Assembly: GCA_031364085.1 (NCBI GenBank)
Contig: JANLVQ010000193.1
Span: 1-40,182, forward strand
Direction of reading: 5' to 3'
DNA: 40,182 nucleotides
DNA from: Chitinophagaceae bacterium
GTDB lineage: Bacteria; Bacteroidota; Bacteroidia; Chitinophagales; Chitinophagaceae
Part shown: positions 9,706 through 16,974 of the stretch, in pieces
How positions within the stretch are numbered: the first letter of the stretch is position 1
Layout of the letters: each line of letters starts with the position of its first letter
The notes under the pieces: generated by a model
Told to the model about the DNA's origin: nothing
The model's input: only the letters and a program-made list of their open reading frames with translations
The model's database searches: none
Position numbers and translations under genes: made by a program

Positions 9706-10428
9706 ATGAAATTAAAATCCATTATAGTATCCATTCTTTGTTTATGTAGCATAACGGCTTGTGATACTTTGAAACAAATTGGCTCTAGTTTATTAATTCC
9801 TTCTCAATATGAAATGGCTATGGGCTTAAGACAAGCACTTGAACAAGGGTTGTTTAAAAGTTTCGATGCTTTCAGTAACCCACAAAACAATAATGCAATA
9901 GCTTTTGTTTTTCCGAATGATGCACAAAAAATTATTAATATTGCTAATCAAGCTGGATTTGGAAATGTAGTTACGCAAGCTACAGATAAATTTAATAGAG
10001 CCATTGCACAATCATTCACAGCATCAAAAAGTATTTTTGTAGATGCTGTAAAAAGTATGAGTTTTAAGGATGTGGTCAATATTTTAATCACCAATAATCA
10101 ACAAGCAGCAACTGACTATTTTAAAACAACTACCTATACTCAATTAATGAATGCTTATGCACCAATCATTGATAGCACCATTACATTAGAAGGGGCAAAT
10201 AAAGAATGGAAAAAAATAGCCAACATTGTAAATAATATTCCTTTCTCGAATTTTAAAGTAGAGAATTCATTAACTCAATATGTTGCAGCTAGAGCTGTTG
10301 ATGAATTGTATAAAATGGTTGCAGAGGAAGAAGCAAAAATAAGAACCAACTTAAATTTTAGAAAAACAGATTTAGTTAAACGTGTGTTTGGATATGCTGA
10401 TAGTGAATTAAAAAAGAGGAACCCTTAG
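9706..10428 (+). CDS. DUF4197 domain-containing lipoprotein
   Basis: 240 aa. Lipobox LCSITA|C. The layout (..GLRQALEQG.., FVDAVKSMSFKDV..IL....QAATDYFK.TT, YV...A.DELY.M.A.EE.KIR) matches my recollection of DUF4197. Confidence 0.7.
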   Translation: MKLKSIIVSILCLCSITACDTLKQIGSSLLIPSQYEMAMGLRQALEQGLFKSFDAFSNPQNNNAIAFVFPNDAQKIINIANQAGFGNVVTQATDKFNRAIAQSFTASKSIFVDAVKSMSFKDVVNILITNNQQAATDYFKTTTYTQLMNAYAPIIDSTITLEGANKEWKKIANIVNNIPFSNFKVENSLTQYVAARAVDELYKMVAEEEAKIRTNLNFRKTDLVKRVFGYADSELKKRNP

Positions 10429-10436
10429 TTTTTATT

Positions 10437-11636
10437 ATGTTGAAAGATATAAATCAATTGCATCAAATTGCCAGTAAAGAAACCAAGGTAATATTGGGTT
10501 TAATGAGTGGCACTTCTTTAGATGGCCTGGATTTGGCTTTATGTAAGATACAAGGGAATGGATTACAAACTTCAGTTGATGTTCTTCATTTTGAAACTGT
10601 TTCTTATTCTGTTGAATTAAGAAATGAATTGAAGAAAATTTTTTGTAAGGAAGAAGTGAGTTTAGAAAAAGTTTGTTTGCTGAATAATTTTATTGGAAAG
10701 CATCATGCACAACTTATTAATCAATACTTGAAAAAATGGAAGGTGAAAAACACTGATGTTGATTTAATTGCCAGCCATGGACAAACCATTTATCATGCAC
10801 CTAAACACAAACACCCCAATTCTTGTTATGATAATGCAACTTTACAAATTGGTGATGCCGACCAAATAGCTTTAAACACAGGCATAATAACTATTAGTGA
10901 TTTTAGACAAAAGCATATTGCTTCTGGAGGAGAAGGTGCTCCATTGGCTGTTTATGGTGATTATTTTTTATTGAGTACTGAAGAAGAAAATAGAATCTTG
11001 TTGAATATTGGTGGTATATCAAACTTTACTTTTTTGCCTAAAACTTTATTATTTGAAGAGGTTATTTGTACTGATGTAGGTCCAGGCAATACTTTAATGG
11101 ATAGCTATGTTCAACAACATTTTGACGGGTTACAGTTCGATGAAAATGCAAGCATTGCTTTGCAAGGAAAAGTGAATGATGGTTTATTATTGACATTGCA
11201 ATCTCATGAATTTTTTCAGCAGCCATTACCAAAATCAACAGGACAAGAAATTTTTAATTCAAATTTTATAGATGGGGCTTTAAAGAATTCTAACACAAAT
11301 AATTTAAGCAGTGAAGATGTATTGGCAACACTAAATAAGTTTACAGCAACGTGCATTGCTAATACCATTCAAGAAAATATTCAAGAAAATGATTATACCA
11401 TTTATGTGAGTGGTGGTGGTATTAACAATTCATTGTTGATGCAAAATTTAAAGAATGAAATGCCTCAAATAAAAATAGAAAACACTTCAAGTTTAGGTAT
11501 AAACCCCAATGCTAAAGAAGCTATTTTATTTGCAGTTTTAGCAAATGAATGTATTAGTGGAGATTCCAAATTTTATAATTCTAATCCTAAAAATATTCCT
11601 GTAATTACTATGGGAAAAATAAGTTTGCCTAATTAA
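10437..11636 (+). CDS. anmK: anhydro-N-acetylmuramic acid kinase
   Basis: 399 aa. GLMSGTSLDGLDLALC N-terminal motif, SHGQTIYH, NIGGISN, GGG.NN near the C-terminus. Confidence 0.9.
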   Translation: MLKDINQLHQIASKETKVILGLMSGTSLDGLDLALCKIQGNGLQTSVDVLHFETVSYSVELRNELKKIFCKEEVSLEKVCLLNNFIGKHHAQLINQYLKKWKVKNTDVDLIASHGQTIYHAPKHKHPNSCYDNATLQIGDADQIALNTGIITISDFRQKHIASGGEGAPLAVYGDYFLLSTEEENRILLNIGGISNFTFLPKTLLFEEVICTDVGPGNTLMDSYVQQHFDGLQFDENASIALQGKVNDGLLLTLQSHEFFQQPLPKSTGQEIFNSNFIDGALKNSNTNNLSSEDVLATLNKFTATCIANTIQENIQENDYTIYVSGGGINNSLLMQNLKNEMPQIKIENTSSLGINPNAKEAILFAVLANECISGDSKFYNSNPKNIPVITMGKISLPN

Positions 11637-11642
11637 TAATAA

Positions 11643-12089
11643 TTATGCTGCAACCAATTTATTTGTACTTCTATAAATAAATTCTGTAGCAATATGTCTT
11701 CTTAAAAACCTTGCTTGTGCTGGTGCGTTTACAAGTTTAGTATAAACAGATTTAGGAACAGCAAAATATTCATAACAAGAACCATCAGAAAAATTAATGG
11801 TCAATATTTCTGCTTTATATTCAAAATCTTCAATGCTAGAAGTATTGATGGTGTTTAGATATTGATCAAAAGAATTGGCAATAGTTTCTGGGGCTATGCT
11901 AACTAAAAAATGGTAGGCTTCAATAATTGCTTTGCTTTTAGTTTCTGCTATAATTTTTTCAGCATCATTATCCTGAAACTTATCAGGGTGATAGCTTTTC
12001 ATCAAGTTTCTATACACTGATTTTAAATCTCCTAAACTTGTTTTTTCTGTAACTTCTAAAAGTCTTCTGTAACTGTCTATTTTTCTCAT
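11643..12089 (-). CDS. J-domain / KTSC-domain fusion protein
   Basis: 148 aa. YRNLMKSYHPDKF is a DnaJ HPD motif. The C-terminal ILTINFSDGSCYEYFAVPKSVYTKLVNAPAQARFL resembles the KTSC domain. Confidence 0.75.
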   Translation of the reverse strand: MRKIDSYRRLLEVTEKTSLGDLKSVYRNLMKSYHPDKFQDNDAEKIIAETKSKAIIEAYHFLVSIAPETIANSFDQYLNTINTSSIEDFEYKAEILTINFSDGSCYEYFAVPKSVYTKLVNAPAQARFLRRHIATEFIYRSTNKLVAA

Positions 12090-12101
12090 GTGGTTTATTT
12101 T

Positions 12102-12185
12102 TTCGTCATTTCGAAGGTTCGTGCCTGAGAAATCTGCATAGTCTAATGGTAGATTTCTCGTTCGTTCCTCACTCGAAATGACGAA
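12102..12185. repeat. 84-nt composite palindrome made of two inverted hairpin-repeat units
   Basis: Outer arms TTCGTCATTTCGA (12102-12114) and TCGAAATGACGAA (12173-12185) form a perfect 13-bp pairing. Inner arms GAGAAATCT (12127-12135) and AGATTTCTC (12151-12159) form a perfect 9-bp pairing. The interiors are unmatched and the apical loop is 15 nt. Confidence 0.9.
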
Positions 12186-12194
12186 TAGTATTTT

Positions 12195-13490
12195 TTATCT
12201 CGCAGTTCTGTGTTGAAACTTTATTGTACCGCCTGTACGTTTTGGTAAATCATTATTGGTAGAAAATGGTCTTTTTTCATTTTTTTGAAATGAACTTTTA
12301 TTACCAAAACTTCTCTGACGACCAAAAGAAATAGTATCTTCTACTTGATGATTCATTAATGGATAAGCATGATTTTCTACAACTTCAATTTGTTTGCCTA
12401 TGAGCTTTTGAATATCTTTTAAAAATGGTTTTTCTTCCGCATCACAAAAAGCAATAGCTATACCACTTGCACCAGCACGACCAGTTCTGCCAATTCTGTG
12501 TACATAAGATTCTGGAACATTAGGCAACTCGAAATTAATAACGTGAGTTAACTCATCAATATCAATTCCTCGTGCAGCAATATCAGTTGCAACAAGTACT
12601 CTGGTTTGTTTCGTTTTAAAATTATTCAATGCACCTTGTCGTGCATTTTGAGATTTATTACCATGTATGGCTTCAGATCTAATACCAGATTTTGAAAGTC
12701 CTTCAGCTACTTTATTTGCACCATGTTTGGTTCTGGTAAAAACTAAAGCTCTTTCAATGTTGTTATCTTTTAAAATATCAACCAACAAATTTTTCTTGTT
12801 GCCTTTATCAATAAAATAAACCACTTGATTAATCATTTCAACAGTACTAGAAGCTGGTGTTACCTCAACTTTTTTAGGATTTGTTAGAATTGATTTCGAC
12901 AATTCAATAATATCACTCGGCATGGTTGCAGAGAAAAATAATGATTGTCTTTTAGCAGGAAGTTTTGCAATTACTTTTTTAACATCATGCACAAAACCCA
13001 TATCTAGCATTCTATCTGCTTCATCTAAAACAAAAAATTGAATGTGATTGAGGTTTACTAATTTTTGATTCATTAAATCTAATAATCGGCCTGGTGTTGC
13101 AATTAAAATATCTAACCCATATTTTAAAGCTTCAACTTGACTGTGTTGATTTACGCCACCAAAAATTACTTTGTTTCTTAGTGGTGTATGTTTTGCATAG
13201 CTATCAAAACTTTCACCAATTTGTATGGCTAATTCTCTTGTTGGTGTTAGTATTAAACAACGAATTTCTCTTTTTCCTGCACTAAGATGTTTATCTTGAC
13301 AAAGCAATTGAATGATAGGAATAGCAAAGGCTGCAGTTTTACCAGTACCTGTTTGTGCAACGCCTAATAAATCTTTTTTATCTAGTACAATTGGAATAGC
13401 TTGTTGTTGAATGGGTGTGGGTGTTATATACCCCTCTGACTTCAAAGCCTTTAATATAGGCTCGATCAGCTGTAAATTTTCGAATAACAT
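12195..13490 (-). CDS. DEAD-box ATP-dependent RNA helicase (RhlE-like)
   Basis: 431 aa. Q motif (F..L.L...ILKAL...GY..PTPIQ), AQTGTGKT, PTRELA, DEAD, SAT, HRIGRTGR, and a basic C-terminal tail. Confidence 0.93.
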   Translation of the reverse strand: MLFENLQLIEPILKALKSEGYITPTPIQQQAIPIVLDKKDLLGVAQTGTGKTAAFAIPIIQLLCQDKHLSAGKREIRCLILTPTRELAIQIGESFDSYAKHTPLRNKVIFGGVNQHSQVEALKYGLDILIATPGRLLDLMNQKLVNLNHIQFFVLDEADRMLDMGFVHDVKKVIAKLPAKRQSLFFSATMPSDIIELSKSILTNPKKVEVTPASSTVEMINQVVYFIDKGNKKNLLVDILKDNNIERALVFTRTKHGANKVAEGLSKSGIRSEAIHGNKSQNARQGALNNFKTKQTRVLVATDIAARGIDIDELTHVINFELPNVPESYVHRIGRTGRAGASGIAIAFCDAEEKPFLKDIQKLIGKQIEVVENHAYPLMNHQVEDTISFGRQRSFGNKSSFQKNEKRPFSTNNDLPKRTGGTIKFQHRTAR

Positions 13491-13606
13491 TTATGTTTTA
13501 TTTAATTTAGACCGGAAAAATTTTGAAAGTTCTTAAACACCGGTCTGATGAGAGAGAAATCTTTGTAAGTGTTTGTGAAAAGAATATTCACATTAAACTT
13601 GAAATG

Positions 13607-13614
13607 CAAAGCTA
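13607..13614 (-). promoter_or_regulatory. candidate -7 box TAGCTTTG for the DEAD-box helicase
   Basis: Exact TAnnTTTG on the minus strand, with a TTG 22 nt upstream. It implies a leader of about 110 nt containing the 7-bp hairpin AGACCGG(13509-13515)/CCGGTCT(13540-13546). Confidence 0.35.
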
Positions 13615-13676
13615 TGCTTTTTGTGCTGCCCTTAATCAAAACGAGTAGTTAAATATTTGTGGAGGCTTGTTTTTAA

Positions 13677-13709
13677 CGTCATTTCGAATGAAGAATGAAT
13701 GAGAAATCT
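13677..13709 (+). repeat. hairpin-repeat unit, type 1 (CGTCATTTCGAA..GAGAAATCT)
   Basis: cgtcatttcgaatgaagaatgaatgagaaatct. Stem ATTTC/GAAAT. Confidence 0.85.
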
Positions 13710-13772
13710 GTTAATATTTTAGTTGAGAAGTTGATTAGTTGATAAGGAATTGGAATTTGTTTCAAACATTCT

Positions 13773-13798
13773 CGTCATTGCGAGGTACGAAGCAATCT
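13773..13798 (+). repeat. hairpin-repeat unit, type 2 (CGTCATTGCGAGG..ACGAAGCAATCT)
   Basis: cgtcattgcgaggtacgaagcaatct. Stem ATTGC/GCAAT. Confidence 0.85.
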
Positions 13799-13811
13799 TT
13801 TTTGAAATTTT

Positions 13812-13844
13812 AGATTTGACAACTTTTTAAAATTTGTCAAATCT
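13812..13844. repeat. perfect 11-bp inverted repeat AGATTTGACAA-N11-TTGTCAAATCT
   Basis: Read directly: 13812-13822 is the exact reverse complement of 13834-13844. No T-run follows on either strand. Confidence 0.9.
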
Positions 13845-13865
13845 TTATGAAAATAATAACCCAAC

Positions 13866-13895
13866 AGAATTCTCAGCACGAACTTCGAAATGACG
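13866..13895 (-). repeat. hairpin-repeat unit, type 1, inverted orientation (slightly degenerate)
   Basis: The reverse complement is cgtcatttcgaagttcgtgctgagaattct. The distal stem half carries one substitution (GAATT instead of GAAAT). Confidence 0.8.
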
Positions 13896-13963
13896 AATTA
13901 TTTTAAATTAATTTTAAACTTGTATGATTTAGTTTTAAAAACTATTGAATATTATTTCTTAAA

Positions 13964-14506
13964 ATGATGAATAAAAATAAAACTAATCTATTAATTACTT
14001 TTATAGTCTATTACTTATTCTTAATATCATGTAATAAACACACAGGGTCTGGTGTTTGTGAAGAAGCATTTACAATTGAGAATTCTTCAGGTATTGAATT
14101 ACACATAAAGGATACGACATTAAATAGATTTGTTTATAATACTTTTCACCCTATTTACAATATTGATTCTTTGCAAATTTTCAATAGCCAAGGTCTTCGA
14201 TACAACTTTTATAAATTCAAGTCTATTGACTCTTCAAATTCCACTAATGCATATTATTTATATAATGCTATTGGAATATTTAGCTTGTATGATGAGAGAT
14301 ACGATTCTAATATGTATAACGACACTATTCAAAAAGACATTTATATAAGATACAGTTCAAATAAATTTGACACTCTAAGTTTAAGTTATAAAGCAAATGC
14401 TGGCTATTGTGGTAGTGAGTTTACGTTTATTAAAGTCATGCAGCACAATAAAGTAATTAGTTACACTCAAAACAATTTTATTCCTGATATATTAATAAAA
14501 AAATAA
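13964..14506 (+). CDS. hypothetical lipoprotein (orphan, N/Y/I/S-rich)
   Basis: 180 aa. The only long ORF in the 1.2-kb gap between the helicase and MFS genes. Lipobox LFLIS|C. I recognise no motif. Confidence 0.55.
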   Translation: MMNKNKTNLLITFIVYYLFLISCNKHTGSGVCEEAFTIENSSGIELHIKDTTLNRFVYNTFHPIYNIDSLQIFNSQGLRYNFYKFKSIDSSNSTNAYYLYNAIGIFSLYDERYDSNMYNDTIQKDIYIRYSSNKFDTLSLSYKANAGYCGSEFTFIKVMQHNKVISYTQNNFIPDILIKK

Positions 14507-14512
14507 GCCAAT

Positions 14513-14538
14513 GAGACTGCTTCGTTCCTCGCAGTGAC
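14513..14538 (-). repeat. hairpin-repeat unit, type 2, inverted orientation
   Basis: The reverse complement is gtcactgcgaggaacgaagcagtctc. Stem ACTGC/GCAGT. Confidence 0.85.
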
Positions 14539-14582
14539 TTTAAATATTTTAATGGTTGGAAAAGACAACAACATCACTAATG

Positions 14583-14612
14583 AGATTTCTCAGCAAGAAC
14601 TTCGAAATGACG
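14583..14612 (-). repeat. hairpin-repeat unit, type 1, inverted orientation
   Basis: The reverse complement is cgtcatttcgaagttcttgctgagaaatct. Stem ATTTC/GAAAT. It shares the 14-nt end AACGTCATTTCGAA with the unit at 13675. Confidence 0.85.
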
Positions 14613-14719
14613 TTCAATTTGCTTTAGATGAATTGACTTCTTTTTAGTTTTTGATTTTTTACTTTTTAATTTAAAAGGAAACTACAACCCTTTATATTCG
14701 TTGCATAACTGCATAAAAA

Positions 14720-15943
14720 ATGAATTCAACCAAACAATATGGCATTCTTAGTTTGCCTGTAATCGTTGCTGCTCTTGGTTATTTTGTTGATATCTACGAT
14801 TTATTATTGTTCAGTATTATTCGTGTTCCATCCTTACAATCACTAGGTTTAAATGAAACACAAATTGCAGATGATGGTTTAAAAATTATCAATATTCAAA
14901 TGATTGGTTTATTGGTAGGTGGTATTCTTTGGGGCATTTTAGGAGATAAGTTGGGCAGAATGAAAGTGCTTTTTGCCTCTATCATTTTATATTCTTTAGG
15001 CAATATTGCTAATGGTTTTGTTGAAACTGTAAACCAATATGCTGCAATAAGATTTATTAGTGGTATTGGATTAGCAGGTGAATTGGGTGCTAGTATAACA
15101 TTGGTTACAGAAATTTTATCGAAAGAAAAAAGAGGGTTAGGAACTTCTGTTGTAGCAGGAATTGGCTTAACTGGTGCCGTGTTTGCATTTATTATGAAAG
15201 AAAATTTTGATTGGAGAACTTGTTATTTTATTGGTGGGGGCATGGGCTTTATGTTACTATTTTTGAGGGCTAGTGTTTTAGAATCAAGTATGTTTAATGT
15301 AGTTAAAAAATCAGGTGTAATACGTGGAAATTTTATGATGCTCTTCAATAACAAAAAAAGATTTTTGAAGTATATTAAAGCCATTTTAATTGGTTTACCC
15401 ACTTGGTATGTGATTGGAATTTTAATTACTTTTTCTGATAAGTTTGGAAAAGAAATGAATATTATAGGAAAAATTGATCCTGGAAAATCTATCATGTTTG
15501 CCTATGTTGCCATTTCTATTGGAGACCTTGCAGTTGGATTTATTAGCAATTGGATTAAAAGTAGAAAAAAAGCCATGTGGTTTTTTTATAGCATCACTAT
15601 TCTTGCCATAATATTATTCTTCAATTTACAAAATCAAACGAACCAAACACTGTATTGGGTATGTGCTCTATTAGGATTTGGTACAGGATTTTGGGCTTTA
15701 TTTGTTACTATGAGTGCAGAACAATTTGGTACTAATATTAGAGCAACAGCTACAACAACTACACCTAATATGGTAAGGGGTTCATTGGTTTTTGTATCAT
15801 TAATTTTTACTTCAATGCACAATAGTTTTGGCTATTTACATAGTGGTTGGATTACGGGTATAATTATTATGCTCATTGCCATAACTGCATTATATTTTAC
15901 TGAAGAAACTTTTGGTAAAGATTTAAATTATGTTGAAGTATAA
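14720..15943 (+). CDS. MFS transporter
   Basis: 407 aa with about 12 predicted TM helices. MFS loop 2-3 signature GILGDKLGRMKV. Confidence 0.85.
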   Translation: MNSTKQYGILSLPVIVAALGYFVDIYDLLLFSIIRVPSLQSLGLNETQIADDGLKIINIQMIGLLVGGILWGILGDKLGRMKVLFASIILYSLGNIANGFVETVNQYAAIRFISGIGLAGELGASITLVTEILSKEKRGLGTSVVAGIGLTGAVFAFIMKENFDWRTCYFIGGGMGFMLLFLRASVLESSMFNVVKKSGVIRGNFMMLFNNKKRFLKYIKAILIGLPTWYVIGILITFSDKFGKEMNIIGKIDPGKSIMFAYVAISIGDLAVGFISNWIKSRKKAMWFFYSITILAIILFFNLQNQTNQTLYWVCALLGFGTGFWALFVTMSAEQFGTNIRATATTTTPNMVRGSLVFVSLIFTSMHNSFGYLHSGWITGIIIMLIAITALYFTEETFGKDLNYVEV

Positions 15944-15946
15944 AAT

Positions 15947-16972
15947 TTGATAGCATTGAATAACAAGGAAAACAATATAATAAAACCAACTAAATTTTTA
16001 ATCATTCGATTTTCATCGATTGGCGATATTGTTTTAACTACTCCAGTAATTCGTTGCTTAAAACAGCAATTTAAAAATTGTGAAGTTCACTTTCTTACTA
16101 AAACCCAATATGCATCAATAGTTGAAAACAATCCTTATATTGATAAAGTAATTCATTTAGATAAAAGTTGGTTGTTGATGATGCATTTATTAAAGCTAGA
16201 AAATTATCATTACATCATCGATCTACACCACAACCTTAGAACACTAAGAATAAAATATCAACTCAAAGCAAAAGCTTTTTCTTTCAACAAACTGAACATA
16301 GAAAAATGGTTGATGACTGCATTAAAAATAAATGTTCTTCCAAAAAAACACATTGTTGATAGGTATTTTGAAACATTAGAAGAATTTGATGTAGTGAATG
16401 ATGGCAAGGGATTAGATTATTTTATTCCTGAGAAAGATAAAGTAAAACAAACAGATTTACCTACTGCTCAATTGTTTGGCTTTATAGCAGTAGTGATTGG
16501 TGCAGCACATAACACCAAAAGATTGCCAACTTCAAAAATTATTGAACTGTGCCATCAAATTAATCATCCAATAATTTTATTAGGAGGAAAAGAAGACAGA
16601 ACAATTGGAGATGAAATTGCCCAAGCCATTGGACCAAAAGTTTATAACGCTTGTGGTAAGTTCAACTTAAATGAAAGTGCTGATTTAGTTCAAAAATCAA
16701 AAGTTGTTATTACTCACGATACAGGATTAATGCATATTGCAGCTGCTTTGAAAAAGCCAATTATTTCTATTTGGGGAAATACCATTCCAGTATTTGGTAT
16801 GACAGCCTACTATGGCAACACCGCAGTGAACAATAAAATTTTTGAAGTGGAACATTTAAGTTGCAGACCCTGTACAAAAATTGGATACGATGTTTGTCCG
16901 AAAAAACATTTTAAATGTATGCAATTACAAAATATAAATGCCATATCAAATTCAACTGTAGAATTATTGTGA
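15947..16972 (+). CDS. glycosyltransferase family 9 protein (LPS heptosyltransferase-like)
   Basis: 341 aa. KFLIIRFSSIGDIVLTTPVIRCLK N-terminal motif and C-terminal DTGLMHIAAALKKP. TTG start at 15947, 3 nt after the MFS stop. Confidence 0.85.
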   Translation: MIALNNKENNIIKPTKFLIIRFSSIGDIVLTTPVIRCLKQQFKNCEVHFLTKTQYASIVENNPYIDKVIHLDKSWLLMMHLLKLENYHYIIDLHHNLRTLRIKYQLKAKAFSFNKLNIEKWLMTALKINVLPKKHIVDRYFETLEEFDVVNDGKGLDYFIPEKDKVKQTDLPTAQLFGFIAVVIGAAHNTKRLPTSKIIELCHQINHPIILLGGKEDRTIGDEIAQAIGPKVYNACGKFNLNESADLVQKSKVVITHDTGLMHIAAALKKPIISIWGNTIPVFGMTAYYGNTAVNNKIFEVEHLSCRPCTKIGYDVCPKKHFKCMQLQNINAISNSTVELL

Positions 16973-16974
16973 TT

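Noticed and set aside
12102-12185. tRNA-like reading of the palindrome (contains GGTTCG)
   Set aside because: It has no cloverleaf, no acceptor stem or anticodon arm geometry, and no GTTCGAATC T-loop context. It is explained fully by two inverted repeat units.
13847-13906. 19-codon ORF MKIITQQNSQHELRNDELF in the long intergenic region
   Set aside because: It reads straight through a hairpin-repeat unit, which is typical of spurious mini-ORFs created by such repeats, and nothing supports translation.
13677-14612. Whether the clustered short repeats could be a CRISPR array
   Set aside because: The units occur in both orientations, differ in length and sequence (two types), have irregular spacings (about 60 to 600 nt), and enclose a protein-coding gene. 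No cas genes are present.
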